Source: Candidatus Hydrogenedentota bacterium (GTDB taxonomy: Bacteria > Hydrogenedentota > Hydrogenedentia > Hydrogenedentales > GCA-2746185). From it: a stretch of DNA of 56,194 nt. How positions within the stretch are numbered: position 1 is the first letter of the stretch; the number at the start of each line of letters is the position of its first letter. Shown one piece after another: positions 17,745 through 28,337 of this stretch. The position numbers were made by a program, and so were the translations under genes. The notes under the pieces are model-generated. The model did not search any database and was not told the DNA's origin. It worked only from the letters and a program-made list of their open reading frames with translations. The stretch is from contig JAYGCN010000205.1 in assembly GCA_046583315.1 (NCBI GenBank), forward strand, positions 1 through 56,194, in the 5' to 3' direction.

Positions 17745-19205
17745 ATGTCATACAGTAAGTTTATCGCCGCGGGGATCATCCTATCGATGCCTTTTGCGGC
17801 TTCTGCAGCCGAGAAAGTCACGTTCACGAAGGACGTGTTACCCATTCTTCAGGAAAACTGTCAGATCTGTCATCGACCTGAAGGGGCCAATCTTGGTGGC
17901 ATGGTCGCGCCGATGGCGTTTACCACCTATCAGGAAGTGCGGCCCTGGGCAAAAGCCATCGCGAAGGCCGTTTCCAATAGAGATATGCCGCCTTGGGACG
18001 CTACAGCAGAATTTCATGGCGTGTTTGAAAATGAGCGCACGATTTCCCAGGCCGCCATTGATACCATCGTCGCCTGGGCAGAGCAGGGTGCGGCCCGTGG
18101 AAGTCTGGCGGACGCACCGGAACCACTGAAATTTCCGGACACGGACGGTTGGCAGATTGGTGAGCCGGATCTTGTTGTTTCCATGCCGGAACGGTACTTC
18201 GTTGAAGACGACGTTGAAGATCTATATGTTACTTTTCAGACGGATGTGACCGAAGAGATGCTCTCCGAAGATCGCTGGTTGAAAGCCATTGAATTTCGTC
18301 CGGGCAGCTCGGTCGTCCACCACATCATCAGCGACGGCCTTGGCGGTATTGCACCGGGGAACGATCCCAGTGTTATGCGCGAAGGATTCAGCAGCATGAT
18401 GCGCGCAGGTACCAAAGTAAACTGGCAGATGCACTACCATAAGGAGCCGGGTCCAGGAACGGGTGTCTGGGATCAGTCACGGGTTGGCCTTAATTTTTAC
18501 CCGAAGGACTTCCAGCCCGAGCACCAGATTCACGGGAACGTAATGGGCAAGATGGATTTCCGCATTCCGGCGGGTAAGGCGCGTCACACGGAAACGGTCA
18601 GCACAACGTTCAAGGATGACATTATGCTTCTTTCGTATACACCGCACATGCATTTGCGTGGGGTAGCGGCCAAGTACACGGCGACGTATCCTGACGGCTC
18701 GCAAGAAGTGGTGTTGGATGTGCCGCAGTATGATTTTAACTGGCAGACATCCTACAAATACGCCGAGCCGAAGATTCTTCCCAAGGGAACGAGTCTTGAA
18801 GTGGCTATGACCTGGGACAATTCTCCGGAGAATGAAACGAACCCGGATCCGACCCAAACGGTTACCTTCGGTCAGCCGACGACGGATGAAATGATGTTTG
18901 GCTTTGTAAGTTATGCCTATGTGGATGAGCCTGAAACGGTCGTATTGAGTCAGGAAGAACTGGCTAAATACGCGGGCACGTATTCGATAGGTGGCGTTCA
19001 GGAATTCGAAGTTTCCCAGCGCGGAAACGTGCTTATCATTGGATTGGGCGACCGTGAAGCGGAACTTGAGCCGATTTCGGACACCGAATTCGCGGGACCC
19101 TTTGGAATGGTTATTACCTTCACTCGCAATGAAGCAGGCCTCACGGAATCGGTGAGCCTGAAGATGGGTGAAACACAGAATTTTACGGCGAAGCGCGTGC
19201 AATAG
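17745..19205 (+). CDS. Exported heme c + PHM-like copper monooxygenase-domain protein with DUF3471-like C-terminus
   Basis: Signal peptide; CQICH heme motif; MPPW; VVHH, MHYH, PHMH and DEMM ligands; LSQEELAKYAGTY tail; GGAGG RBS. Confidence 0.75.
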   Translation: MSYSKFIAAGIILSMPFAASAAEKVTFTKDVLPILQENCQICHRPEGANLGGMVAPMAFTTYQEVRPWAKAIAKAVSNRDMPPWDATAEFHGVFENERTISQAAIDTIVAWAEQGAARGSLADAPEPLKFPDTDGWQIGEPDLVVSMPERYFVEDDVEDLYVTFQTDVTEEMLSEDRWLKAIEFRPGSSVVHHIISDGLGGIAPGNDPSVMREGFSSMMRAGTKVNWQMHYHKEPGPGTGVWDQSRVGLNFYPKDFQPEHQIHGNVMGKMDFRIPAGKARHTETVSTTFKDDIMLLSYTPHMHLRGVAAKYTATYPDGSQEVVLDVPQYDFNWQTSYKYAEPKILPKGTSLEVAMTWDNSPENETNPDPTQTVTFGQPTTDEMMFGFVSYAYVDEPETVVLSQEELAKYAGTYSIGGVQEFEVSQRGNVLIIGLGDREAELEPISDTEFAGPFGMVITFTRNEAGLTESVSLKMGETQNFTAKRVQ

Positions 19206-19215
19206 TTAGCGGGAC

Positions 19216-19262
19216 AAAAAAATCAGCGGGCCAGGATTCCGATGGGAGTCCTGGCCCGTTTT
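19216..19262. terminator. Bidirectional Rho-independent terminator between convergent genes
   Basis: A-tract, then GCGGGCCAGGATTCC-gatg-GGAGTCCTGGCCCGT, then T-tract. Confidence 0.85.
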
Positions 19263-19282
19263 CTGTTTGTTGGAGATGGTGG

Positions 19283-20401
19283 TCAGGCGTTCATAATGGT
19301 GCGATAGAGAGCCTCGTACTCTTCGATAATCATGTTTTTGTCGAAATGGTCGAGCGCGCGCTGTCGGCCCTTGGCTCCCATGGACCGGGCCCGTTCATCG
19401 TCCGTCAGGATCTCGAGCGCGTAGTCGGCCATCGTATCAATATCGCCCACTTCGGCCAGATACCCCGTCACGCCGTGTTCGACGACTTCGATTACGCCGC
19501 CGCTGTTGGTGCATAGAACCGGGACTTCGCAGGACATGGCTTCGAGGTGGGTGAGCCCGAAGCTTTCGTGTTCACTGGGCTGAAACATCAGGTCGGCGCA
19601 GGGAATAATTTCTTCGATGGCACCCTGGGTTCCGAGATAGGTGATTTTGTCGGTGATTCCGAGTTGTTTGGCTACGCCGACAGCGGAAAGGCGTTCGGGT
19701 CCATCGCCGACCATGACCAATCGCGCATTGATTTTCTGGATGACCTTGTTGAACACGCGCACGACATCGGTAACCCGTTTCACAGGTCGAAAGTTCGAGA
19801 TGTGCATGATTATTTTCTCGTCGTCACTGGCCAGTGTACAGCGTTGTGGGGATTCAGGTCGAAAGTTTTGCACATCGAGAAAGTTGTAAATGGTGTGCAC
19901 TGGCTCGTCGAGGGCGAACTCGCGTTCCGTTTCCTTGGTCAACCACTTGGAGACCGCGGTCACCGCATCGCTTTGTTGCATGGCATGGCGTGTGATGCGG
20001 TAAAAGGACGGGTCCGCGCCCACCAGCGTAATGTCCGTTCCATGCAGGGTAGTGATGATCTTGAACTGTTTTTCCGGGGGAAGCATGTCACGCGCCATGA
20101 TGGCACAGGCCGCATTCGGAATGGCGTAATGCGCATGCCACAATTCAATATCGTATTCCTCGGCAATTTCGCAAATTTTGCTTGCCAATGCGAGCGTTGC
20201 TGGAGGATCACGAAAGAGGGGGTAGGAAACGACATTCACGGTATGGCAAAAGATATTCTGCCGGAATTCGTGGAGCCGAAAGGGGATCTCGGTGGTGACG
20301 AAGTGTACCTCATAGCCGCGTTCCGCGAGCGCTAATCCAAGTTCGGTGGCCATGATGCCACTACCGCCCGTGGAGGGATGACAGGTTATGCCAATTCTCA
20401 T
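19283..20401 (-). CDS. bshA: N-acetyl-alpha-D-glucosaminyl L-malate synthase
   Basis: [46 protein letters not shown]. Confidence 0.95.
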   Translation of the reverse strand: MRIGITCHPSTGGSGIMATELGLALAERGYEVHFVTTEIPFRLHEFRQNIFCHTVNVVSYPLFRDPPATLALASKICEIAEEYDIELWHAHYAIPNAACAIMARDMLPPEKQFKIITTLHGTDITLVGADPSFYRITRHAMQQSDAVTAVSKWLTKETEREFALDEPVHTIYNFLDVQNFRPESPQRCTLASDDEKIIMHISNFRPVKRVTDVVRVFNKVIQKINARLVMVGDGPERLSAVGVAKQLGITDKITYLGTQGAIEEIIPCADLMFQPSEHESFGLTHLEAMSCEVPVLCTNSGGVIEVVEHGVTGYLAEVGDIDTMADYALEILTDDERARSMGAKGRQRALDHFDKNMIIEEYEALYRTIMNA

Positions 20402-21114
20402 GCGTTTTCCTCGAGTTCGCTGAAGCCCGCGATGCCCATGGGGCCTTCGCGATACAATGGTTCGCCGTATTCCACGCCGATCCGGTTTCCCCAGTAGGCC
20501 GCGCGTTTTTCGATGCCTGCCCAGAACGATTCACTGGCCACAAGGGTTTCGGCGCCGGCATAATTCGGGTTGTGGAACTGGGAGTGATACGCGCTCAAGG
20601 CGTCCATCTTTTGCGCGAATACGGGGCTGATGTCCATCACCACCTGCGGCGGAGTCTGGTCATCGGTATAGGGATTGTAATAATAAACGTGATCCGCGCG
20701 GTAGGGCGCTTCCTCGGTAACGATGGATGAAACCCCGGCGAAGAAATTGGCATCCCGCGCGAGTTCTGAGGCGATGCGATGATCGGGATGCCGGTCATTC
20801 TTGCGATGAAGCAGGAGAATCTTCGGCTTGAGCATGCGGATGAAAGGGATTACTTCGAGTCGTTGTTCGGGCGTGTTCTGCAATCCGCCGTCGGGCAACT
20901 CCGCATTGTGCCGAATCGAAACCTGGAGGCGTTCGGAGGCATCTTGTGCTTCCTTCATGCGTTCTTCGATGGTACCGCGCGAGCTGAGTTCGCCCAGGGT
21001 CAGATCAAGAATGCCGACGCGGTAACCGTCTTCGGCAAGGCGCAGTAATGTGCCGCCGACACCGAGCTCGACGTCGTCGGGATGTGCGCCGATAGCGAGT
21101 ACGTCCACGCTCAT
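20398..21114 (-). CDS. bshB1: Bacillithiol biosynthesis deacetylase
   Basis: AHPDDVELG, DLTLGELSSRG, RHPDH, AYHSQF; overlaps bshA and bshC. Confidence 0.92.
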   Translation of the reverse strand: MSVDVLAIGAHPDDVELGVGGTLLRLAEDGYRVGILDLTLGELSSRGTIEERMKEAQDASERLQVSIRHNAELPDGGLQNTPEQRLEVIPFIRMLKPKILLLHRKNDRHPDHRIASELARDANFFAGVSSIVTEEAPYRADHVYYYNPYTDDQTPPQVVMDISPVFAQKMDALSAYHSQFHNPNYAGAETLVASESFWAGIEKRAAYWGNRIGVEYGEPLYREGPMGIAGFSELEENA

Positions 21115-22661
21115 AGTTCCACCTCGTTGAGAGTTGTATTTCCGGTCTCAAGATTTTGCATCAGGATATCGAGTAGCCCCCAGCCTTGCTCGAACAAATA
21201 GGGAACCACGGTGTGCATGCGTTCCTGGGGCTTGCGATTCGGGGCGAGGCATTGCTGGAGACGTTGCAGGTGTCCCTCAACTGTCTCGCGACGTTTGGTA
21301 TCGCTTAGGAGCAGATTGTTTTCGAGTTTAGCAAACTTGCGTTCGAGATCTTCGGCCAAGTTGGTGGCCATGTTCGCGGCAGTAGGGGCATTGGCGCGAA
21401 GATCGTCGGCCAACGTTTTTATTGCGGTGTTGGTTTCCTGATTGGCCGCCTGGGTTCGCTCGATTTCTGGCGAGTCAGTTATAGTGCGCAGACAGGACTG
21501 GAGAAGTTCATCTTTCTGTCCAAGTAGGTCGGTCGGACTTAGCGAATATTTACTCAGGAGCTTGTTTAGTTTGATGGAGGTCAATACGGCGTGTGCGCGC
21601 GGATAAACGATGGGCATCGGATGGTCAAAAGCCTCGAAAACGCCTTTGAATTGCCCCCAGTAGGCGAGTTCGCCTGGACCGGCGACATAGGCTGAAACGG
21701 GAAAGAGGTGTTGTTGAACGACGCAGCGTAGAGCGACGTTGGGACTGAATCGTTCGGAATCGGCCTCCAGAGTTTCGAGTAATTCTTCTTTCGTGATGGT
21801 CGTGTTCAGGTCGGGCAGATGAAACGTGTCATCGCGATAGAGAACCTTGTTGCGAACGCCATCGACCTCGTAAAAAAATCCACATTCGTCTTCGTTTTTG
21901 ACAACTTGCGCGGGATACCCAAGTGACTCCATCTTTTGTGCGCCCTCGTTTACGGCGTGTGAGGTCGTTAGAGGATTTTCGATTGCGGCCTGAATAACTG
22001 AGGAAGAAGCGCAACGTGCGGCGGCGAGATGGGGCGCGAAAAAAATGAGGGGCGTGTCGCGAAACAGGCGGGCGAGTATGCGCGTGGACCAGTCCGCGAG
22101 TGAGTCAGAAGCCGTTGCCGACTCTCGCAGAAACCCTTCGATGTCGTCGCGAAATTCTCCGCCGGGACCCCTTTCGAGAAGGTCACTGATGAGCGCATCC
22201 ACTTGCTCTGTTACTGGAATCCGATGCAGCGAGCGTCCGATGTGCTCAGGCGGGCATTCCAGCGTCACTTTATCCGTTGTATGTTTTCGGGTCGGGAAGT
22301 ATACGGTGGCCGCCTCATCAAAGTCGTGATCTTCGCTGCCGACCCAGTAGACAGGAACGACGGGTGTGTTCGTTTTTTTGGACAATTCTTCGGCGAGTTT
22401 GATGCAGGTGATGGCTTTGTATACGGAATAGAGCGGGCCGGCAAAAATGGCGGGTTGTTGTCCGGTTATGATGACTGCTTCGTCTCCGCTGAAGACCGGA
22501 TGATGTCCCAAGGCGTCGTTATAGGCCCGAATGCCTTCCACGAGATTAGAATCCCAAGGCCGGGTTGCTGGTGCCTTCGTGAAGAGGTCGCCTGGAGCGC
22601 CGGAATAACACTCGATCAGTGCCGGCGCAGCATTCATATACTCGTCGAGCAGTGAAGCCAT
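21111..22661 (-). CDS. bshC: Bacillithiol biosynthesis cysteine-adding enzyme
   Basis: TGQQP..AGPLYSVYKA, VPVYWVGSEDHDFDE, SPNVALR, GPGELAYW, PQER; ATG 22661 with AGGAG RBS. Confidence 0.93.
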   Translation of the reverse strand: MASLLDEYMNAAPALIECYSGAPGDLFTKAPATRPWDSNLVEGIRAYNDALGHHPVFSGDEAVIITGQQPAIFAGPLYSVYKAITCIKLAEELSKKTNTPVVPVYWVGSEDHDFDEAATVYFPTRKHTTDKVTLECPPEHIGRSLHRIPVTEQVDALISDLLERGPGGEFRDDIEGFLRESATASDSLADWSTRILARLFRDTPLIFFAPHLAAARCASSSVIQAAIENPLTTSHAVNEGAQKMESLGYPAQVVKNEDECGFFYEVDGVRNKVLYRDDTFHLPDLNTTITKEELLETLEADSERFSPNVALRCVVQQHLFPVSAYVAGPGELAYWGQFKGVFEAFDHPMPIVYPRAHAVLTSIKLNKLLSKYSLSPTDLLGQKDELLQSCLRTITDSPEIERTQAANQETNTAIKTLADDLRANAPTAANMATNLAEDLERKFAKLENNLLLSDTKRRETVEGHLQRLQQCLAPNRKPQERMHTVVPYLFEQGWGLLDILMQNLETGNTTLNEVEL

Positions 22662-22662
22662 G

Positions 22663-23418
22663 TCAGGCTCTCCTGCCAACGGCTATCATTCGCGGGAATT
22701 CTGGCGCGCACGGAGAGCCCGCATAATTTCCATATAGATTGTCGATAATGAGGCCTCCATTCGTCAGTAGCGTGGAAAATTCGTCAGTGGTGTAGAGTTG
22801 AACAGATTCACCAGTGTGTTTTATTTCATCGTCGCCTCGGCTAATGCTGGTGGATTTGTTGATGCGCGATCCGTCGGCTTCGATCCAACGGCGTTCGTAG
22901 ACTTGAAACCCTTCGGCCGATCGACGCGTCTCTTCTTCGAGGTTGGCGATGGCCCAGTCTTTGCACATGTAATCGATGAAGAAGCGACCGCCGGATTTGA
23001 GGGCGAGTGTCATGTCGCGCACGACTTTTTCATTTTCCTCTGCATCGCGAAAGTAGCCGAAGCTGGTGAAGTAATTGACGAGAACGTCGAAGTGATCCAC
23101 GAAGGGGAGGTGGCGCATGTCTCCCCGGATGAGAGGCTGTTCATTGCCGACTGTTTCACGGGCGATTTCGAGCAGGTGAGAGGAATAATCAAGACCGACG
23201 ACGTGGTCGCTCACGTTTCTGAGATGCGCGATATGGCGTCCACCGCCACAACATAGATCCAGGACACGGTCATTTTGCTGGATGTTGGTTTGTTCAATTG
23301 AAAAAATCGATTCGGCCTCGGCCGCTTCAATGGTTCTGTGGGCATAGAGGATGGGATAGAGGGCATCGAAGGTCTGCTGAAACCAGTTCCCGGAAATAAT
23401 GTGTTTGTGTGATGGCAT
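22663..23418 (-). CDS. Class I SAM methyltransferase, NmbA-like (putative bacillithiol N-methyltransferase)
   Basis: WF..F...Y..LYAHR, LDLCCGGGRH, FTSFGYF, ESVQLY, PRMI; ends 1 nt before the bshC start. Confidence 0.8.
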   Translation of the reverse strand: MPSHKHIISGNWFQQTFDALYPILYAHRTIEAAEAESIFSIEQTNIQQNDRVLDLCCGGGRHIAHLRNVSDHVVGLDYSSHLLEIARETVGNEQPLIRGDMRHLPFVDHFDVLVNYFTSFGYFRDAEENEKVVRDMTLALKSGGRFFIDYMCKDWAIANLEEETRRSAEGFQVYERRWIEADGSRINKSTSISRGDDEIKHTGESVQLYTTDEFSTLLTNGGLIIDNLYGNYAGSPCAPEFPRMIAVGRRA

Positions 23419-23450
23419 CGACTTATTGTAATCAATCTTGGGTAGATTTG

Positions 23451-24914
23451 CTATTTACTTGCGCCGACGGTATGGAGTTTCATCATATTGGTGCGCGTAC
23501 GGATGGCGAAGGGTACACCCCCGGCAATGACGACCGTGTCGCCCGGTTCGGCGAGTTGATTGTCGAGCAGAATACGGTCGACCAGGATGTCGATGGTGGG
23601 CATGGAGGGCGTTTCGGTACTGAGCAGCGTATCGACACCCCAGATGACGGAGCATCGTTGACTGATTTCGGGTGTCATGATGACGGCGGTGATGGGTACG
23701 CTGGGCCGGTATCGTGCGATCAATGCGGCGGTGTAACCCATTTTCGTGAAACAGACGATTCGCGTCGCTCCGATGGCGTGGGCCGTACGACACACCGCCT
23801 GCCCGATCGCGTCGCCGTAACTTCCTCTGCCCTGGCGGATTCCTGACTCGCGCATACGCATGATACGAATGTGCGACGGGGAGTCTGACAATGATTTATC
23901 GGCGTCGCGCGCAATGTCGGCCATGACTTCGACCGTGCGAACGGGATATTGACCTGAGGCGGTCTCGCCGGAAAGCATAATTGCGTCGGTGCCGTCGTAG
24001 ATGGCGTTGGCCACGTCAGCGACTTCTGCACGGGTGGGGCGCGCGCTGCTGATCATCGATTCGAGCATTTGGGTCGCGGTGATGACGGGAACTCCGACGT
24101 CGTTGCACTGGCTGATGAGGTCTTTTTGGATTTGCGGGACTTTGTTGAGTGGAACTTCCACACCGAGGTCGCCCCGAGCAAGCATGACGGCGTCTGAGGC
24201 TTCAAGAATTGCTTCAAAATTGGCGACGGCTTCGGGACGTTCGATTTTGGAGATGGCAGAAATGGGTTTTCCGGTAGCGGCGATCCGTTCCTTCAGATCG
24301 AGGACCTCTTCGGATGTGCGGACGAAGGATAACGCAATAAAGTCGATGTCCAAGGTAAGCGCGAATTCCAGATCGCGAATGTCTTTGGGCGTAAGGGCGG
24401 GCGAGCTGACATCAACGCCGGGAAGGTTGATGCCTTTGTGTTCCCCGAGAAAACCTCCGTGAATGACCGTGCAGTGAATATCGTTTCCGTCGATTCGTTC
24501 GACCAGGAGCTCAAGTACGCCGTCCGCCATAAAAATCGCATCGCCAGGTTTTACGTCGCTCGACAACGCCGTATAGCTGGTTGATACGCAGGTCTCCGTG
24601 CCTACAAGTTCTCGGGTGGTAATGCAGAATGCATGTCCGACTTCGAGGTGCACGGGAGTATTGTCCACGAGTTTGCCTGTGCGAATCTTGGGGCCTTGGA
24701 GATCAATCATGATGCCCAGGTTCTTGCCTGTTTCCTGTGCAGCATCTCGTAGGCGTTCGTAGGTTTTCCGGTGGTACTCGTGAACGCCGTGGGACATGTT
24801 GAGCCGGGCAACATTCATGCCCGCGTTGAGCAGGTCGCGCATGGTTTCTGGAGATTGTGAGGAGGGACCGATGGTGCAGACGATCTTGGTGCGGCGATGG
24901 TCATCTAAGGTCAC
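23451..24914 (-). CDS. pyk: Pyruvate kinase
   Basis: RRTKIVCTIGP, ARLNMSHG, DLQGPKIR, ARGDLGVE, ATQMLESM, MLSGETA. Confidence 0.97.
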   Translation of the reverse strand: MTLDDHRRTKIVCTIGPSSQSPETMRDLLNAGMNVARLNMSHGVHEYHRKTYERLRDAAQETGKNLGIMIDLQGPKIRTGKLVDNTPVHLEVGHAFCITTRELVGTETCVSTSYTALSSDVKPGDAIFMADGVLELLVERIDGNDIHCTVIHGGFLGEHKGINLPGVDVSSPALTPKDIRDLEFALTLDIDFIALSFVRTSEEVLDLKERIAATGKPISAISKIERPEAVANFEAILEASDAVMLARGDLGVEVPLNKVPQIQKDLISQCNDVGVPVITATQMLESMISSARPTRAEVADVANAIYDGTDAIMLSGETASGQYPVRTVEVMADIARDADKSLSDSPSHIRIMRMRESGIRQGRGSYGDAIGQAVCRTAHAIGATRIVCFTKMGYTAALIARYRPSVPITAVIMTPEISQRCSVIWGVDTLLSTETPSMPTIDILVDRILLDNQLAEPGDTVVIAGGVPFAIRTRTNMMKLHTVGASK

Positions 24915-24935
24915 GCTGGCTTCTCCCGGGTGTGG

Positions 24936-26249
24936 TTAGTCTCGTCTCTCAAAGGCATTGTATATGGCATTGACTGCTGAATGCATGTCGGGCTCATCAA
25001 CCCCTACGATGATGTTGGTTTCTGAAGAACCCTGATCGAGGACGCGAATATTCACCTTGGCATCGTCGGAGAGTGCGGCGCATAAGGTTTTGGCCACGCC
25101 GACGTGATGGTTCATACCTTTTCCTACGGTCGCAATAAGGGCGAGTCCGTTGGTGAGGGTGACGGAATCGGTATGACAGTCTTCTCGAATGGTGTCGACC
25201 ACGGCCTGGCCTTTGTCGCCCAGCTCTTCGTCTTTGACGATGACGGACATGGTGTCGATACCGGTCGGCATGTGTTCAAAATTGATTCCGAGGTCGCGCA
25301 ATACGGTGAGCACCTTGAGTGCAAAGCCCAGTTCCCGGTTCATCAGCGTCTTTTCGATGTTGATCATGGAGAAACCGCCGCGGGCCGCGATTCCGCATAC
25401 CGGTCGCTGTGCGACGCGGTCGCGCAGAATCATCGTGCCGGAATTTTCGGGATCGTTGGTGTTGCGAATGTTGATGGGAATGCCGGGCTCCAGCAGGGGA
25501 AAAATCGCTTCGTCGTGAAGCACGGATGCACCCATGTACGCCAGCTCTCGCAATTCGCCGTAAGTAATCTCTTCGATGCGATGGGCGTGGGGGACGATTC
25601 GGGGGTCGGTCATGCGGAAGCCGGAGACATCGGTCCAATTTTCGTAGAGCGTTGAGCCGGTTGCACGGGCGACGACAGAGCCGGTGACGTCGCTGCCGCC
25701 GCGTCCAAAGGTTTTTACGTGTCCATCGGGGCCTGAGCCGTAGTAGCCGGGAATGACGAACCGTCCGTCTCCTTCGAGTGCCTGACCGAGCGATTCGTAG
25801 GTGGCGGGATCGAGGTTGCCGCGGGTATCGAAGTGAATCACGCTCACGGGATCGACGAAGGTGGCACCGAGTTTATCGGCGATAAGTTTTCCGTTGAGGT
25901 ATTCGCCGCGTGACGCGAGGAAGTCGGGGGAGGAGTAGGAGGGGGCTTCCTTGATGATGGCATCGATCTCAGCGTCGATGTCAACAGTGCAAGCGAGTCC
26001 CTCGCGGAGTGCATTGAAGCGGTCGCGAATGATAGTGATGGGCTGAGCGGGATCGAGATCGTCTTGAAGGATGTGGAACCAACCGAGCAGTAGATCGGTG
26101 ATTTTTTTGTCGTCGTCGGAGCGTTTTCCGGGTGCAGACGGCACGATGTACTTACGGTCATCGTTGCTTTGGATGATCGCAATGGCTTTTTCAATATTTT
26201 CGGTGCTGGCGAGTGAGGACCCGCCGAATTTGCAGGTGATGCTACCCAT
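24936..26249 (-). CDS. lysC: Aspartate kinase
   Basis: CKFGGSSLA, SAPGKR, SRGEYL, GRGGSDVTG, WTDVSG, two ACT domains. Start is 26249 or 26261. Confidence 0.93.
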   Translation of the reverse strand: MGSITCKFGGSSLASTENIEKAIAIIQSNDDRKYIVPSAPGKRSDDDKKITDLLLGWFHILQDDLDPAQPITIIRDRFNALREGLACTVDIDAEIDAIIKEAPSYSSPDFLASRGEYLNGKLIADKLGATFVDPVSVIHFDTRGNLDPATYESLGQALEGDGRFVIPGYYGSGPDGHVKTFGRGGSDVTGSVVARATGSTLYENWTDVSGFRMTDPRIVPHAHRIEEITYGELRELAYMGASVLHDEAIFPLLEPGIPINIRNTNDPENSGTMILRDRVAQRPVCGIAARGGFSMINIEKTLMNRELGFALKVLTVLRDLGINFEHMPTGIDTMSVIVKDEELGDKGQAVVDTIREDCHTDSVTLTNGLALIATVGKGMNHHVGVAKTLCAALSDDAKVNIRVLDQGSSETNIIVGVDEPDMHSAVNAIYNAFERRD

Positions 26250-26343
26250 GATTGGCCCCATCGTTATGTATCGTAGGCGAAATTATGCGCATTTTAGAGT
26301 CCGTCGGCGCAATACGACGGAAGAGTGTCATCGGTGTACCCAC

Positions 26344-28299
26344 TCAGGGGAGCAGACGTTCGATAATTCGACTGAAGTCATTGAAGGTCACGAATATCAG
26401 TAGTCCGATGATGAGGAAGAATCCCGCGCCCTGGACGGTTTCCTGCACCTTCATGCTAATGGGGCGTCGTCGAACCGCTTCGATGGCGATAATCGTGAGT
26501 TGTCCGCCGTCCAGCACCGGCAAGGGAAGCAGATTAAAGATGCACAGGTTGATGCTGATAAAGGCGATGGTCGTAAGGAATTCGTAGGCACCGCGTTTCG
26601 CTGTCTGAGTCGTAATTTCGAAAATCAGGACTGGACCACCGAGCAATTGGGGGCTGAGTCCTCCGGTGAAGAGTTTCGCCAGGATAGTAGCGATCTCATC
26701 GGTCCGGCGCACGCACTCTGTCCATGCAGCAGGAAGAATGTTACCGAATTCTTCTTTATGGAAGATCTTTTCCTGACGCCATACCACGCCGACTTGCTGT
26801 ATTGAGTCCACGGTGATTTCAGCTTGAAGGGTGGATTCTTTTTGGTGAAGACCAAACAATACACTTGGGCGGTGTACGGTTATCGGGATGGTTTCACCGA
26901 TTCGTGTGCGCTCGATGGCTTCGAGTGAGGCGATCGACGCGGGTTCACCATCGATGTGGGTGATTTCGTCGTACTTTTTGAGTATCGGTTCTTCTCCGTG
27001 TTCGGCGATCACCGCACGAATTTTGGGTAGTGCGTCTGGGTCGACACTGGTAATCGCCTGAATGGCATCTCGCAGAGGTAGCGTCACCGTGTCGTTTTCA
27101 CCGCTCGCTCCAAAGAACCCGTGTCTTGCGATGGTGAGCGACACATCTCCTTCAGGGTCGGCTTCGAAGAGCTGACGAATCTCGGTACCGATTTTTGTGC
27201 TGCCGTTGATATCCATTATCTCGTCTCGGCTTGCAAGACCTGTACGCGACGAGAAGGCTTCAGTGATTTCGGAAATTTTCAGAGGCTCTTCATCGGGAAT
27301 AGCAATCAGCAGGTTGAGTGGGGGATCGAAGAAAATATCTTTGATCATACCATTGCGTCTCGAGAATAATTGAAGCTCAATAATCTCACCATCGCGCTCT
27401 ACTTCAAGCGTGAGAGATTGGCCCTCATCGAGCTCCTGAATCTGATCACGGAAGGCGGTGCTGTCCACCCATTGCCCGTTGGATTTGATGATGCGGTCGC
27501 CGGAGAGCAGTCCGTGTTCCTCGGCAGGGGAGCCGGGCAATACGTGCTCAATAAGGGCGGACATGAACGCATCAATGCCGAAAGTACCGAATTTGGAATC
27601 GGGATTTTCTTTTTCGGCCCGGATTCGGGAAACGTATTGCGTGGTATCCCCTTCCAGGGTGGTGCGTTCGATTTCGACAGTTACTTCCTTGCCGCCGCTA
27701 AGCACTGCACCAGTAAAGATGTCCTGGAATCCGGTCATGGTGGTGCCGTCAATGGTCAGAATCCGGTCGCCGGTCTGCCATCCGATGGTGTCGGGGTCCT
27801 TCTTGAAGTCGACGGATTGCCCCTGGACACTCAAATACATTGGGGCCTGACTTGCGGGGGAGTCCGGTGTAACGGCACCTACACGGGTCTCCTTGAGGAC
27901 GGCTGGAATATCGGCACCGAATGCACCGATTCCGGCATAAATGATGAAACCCAGGACGAAATTCATGGCGGGGCCGGCAATCAGGATGAATGCGCGCTGC
28001 AGTTTGCTTTTATTGTTGTACCAGCGCTCGGGCGGCACATGGCCGTAGGTTTCTTTGCGCTCTTCGTCGCTTAGGGGGGCATCTTCCTGTCCGGCCATCT
28101 TGACGTATCCGCCGATGGGGAGCAGGCCGATACAATAATCGGTTTCGCCCCATTTGAAGCCGAAGATGCGCGGCGGCATGCCCAGGCTGAAGCGATCCAC
28201 ATATACACCGCAGGCTTTCGCGGCGAGAAAGTGGCCTGCTTCGTGTACAAAGACGAGTACGCCGAGTACGAGGAGGAAGACCAATATATTGGTGAGCAT
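26344..28299 (-). CDS. rseP: RIP metalloprotease RseP with an expanded PDZ region
   Basis: HEAGH, LPIGGYVKM, AGPAMN, NLLPLPVLDGG; follows dxr. Confidence 0.93.
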   Translation of the reverse strand: MLTNILVFLLVLGVLVFVHEAGHFLAAKACGVYVDRFSLGMPPRIFGFKWGETDYCIGLLPIGGYVKMAGQEDAPLSDEERKETYGHVPPERWYNNKSKLQRAFILIAGPAMNFVLGFIIYAGIGAFGADIPAVLKETRVGAVTPDSPASQAPMYLSVQGQSVDFKKDPDTIGWQTGDRILTIDGTTMTGFQDIFTGAVLSGGKEVTVEIERTTLEGDTTQYVSRIRAEKENPDSKFGTFGIDAFMSALIEHVLPGSPAEEHGLLSGDRIIKSNGQWVDSTAFRDQIQELDEGQSLTLEVERDGEIIELQLFSRRNGMIKDIFFDPPLNLLIAIPDEEPLKISEITEAFSSRTGLASRDEIMDINGSTKIGTEIRQLFEADPEGDVSLTIARHGFFGASGENDTVTLPLRDAIQAITSVDPDALPKIRAVIAEHGEEPILKKYDEITHIDGEPASIASLEAIERTRIGETIPITVHRPSVLFGLHQKESTLQAEITVDSIQQVGVVWRQEKIFHKEEFGNILPAAWTECVRRTDEIATILAKLFTGGLSPQLLGGPVLIFEITTQTAKRGAYEFLTTIAFISINLCIFNLLPLPVLDGGQLTIIAIEAVRRRPISMKVQETVQGAGFFLIIGLLIFVTFNDFSRIIERLLP

Positions 28300-28337
28300 C
28301 TTGTGTAACTCCTGATTGAGTAAGGCTATGGGCAGTA

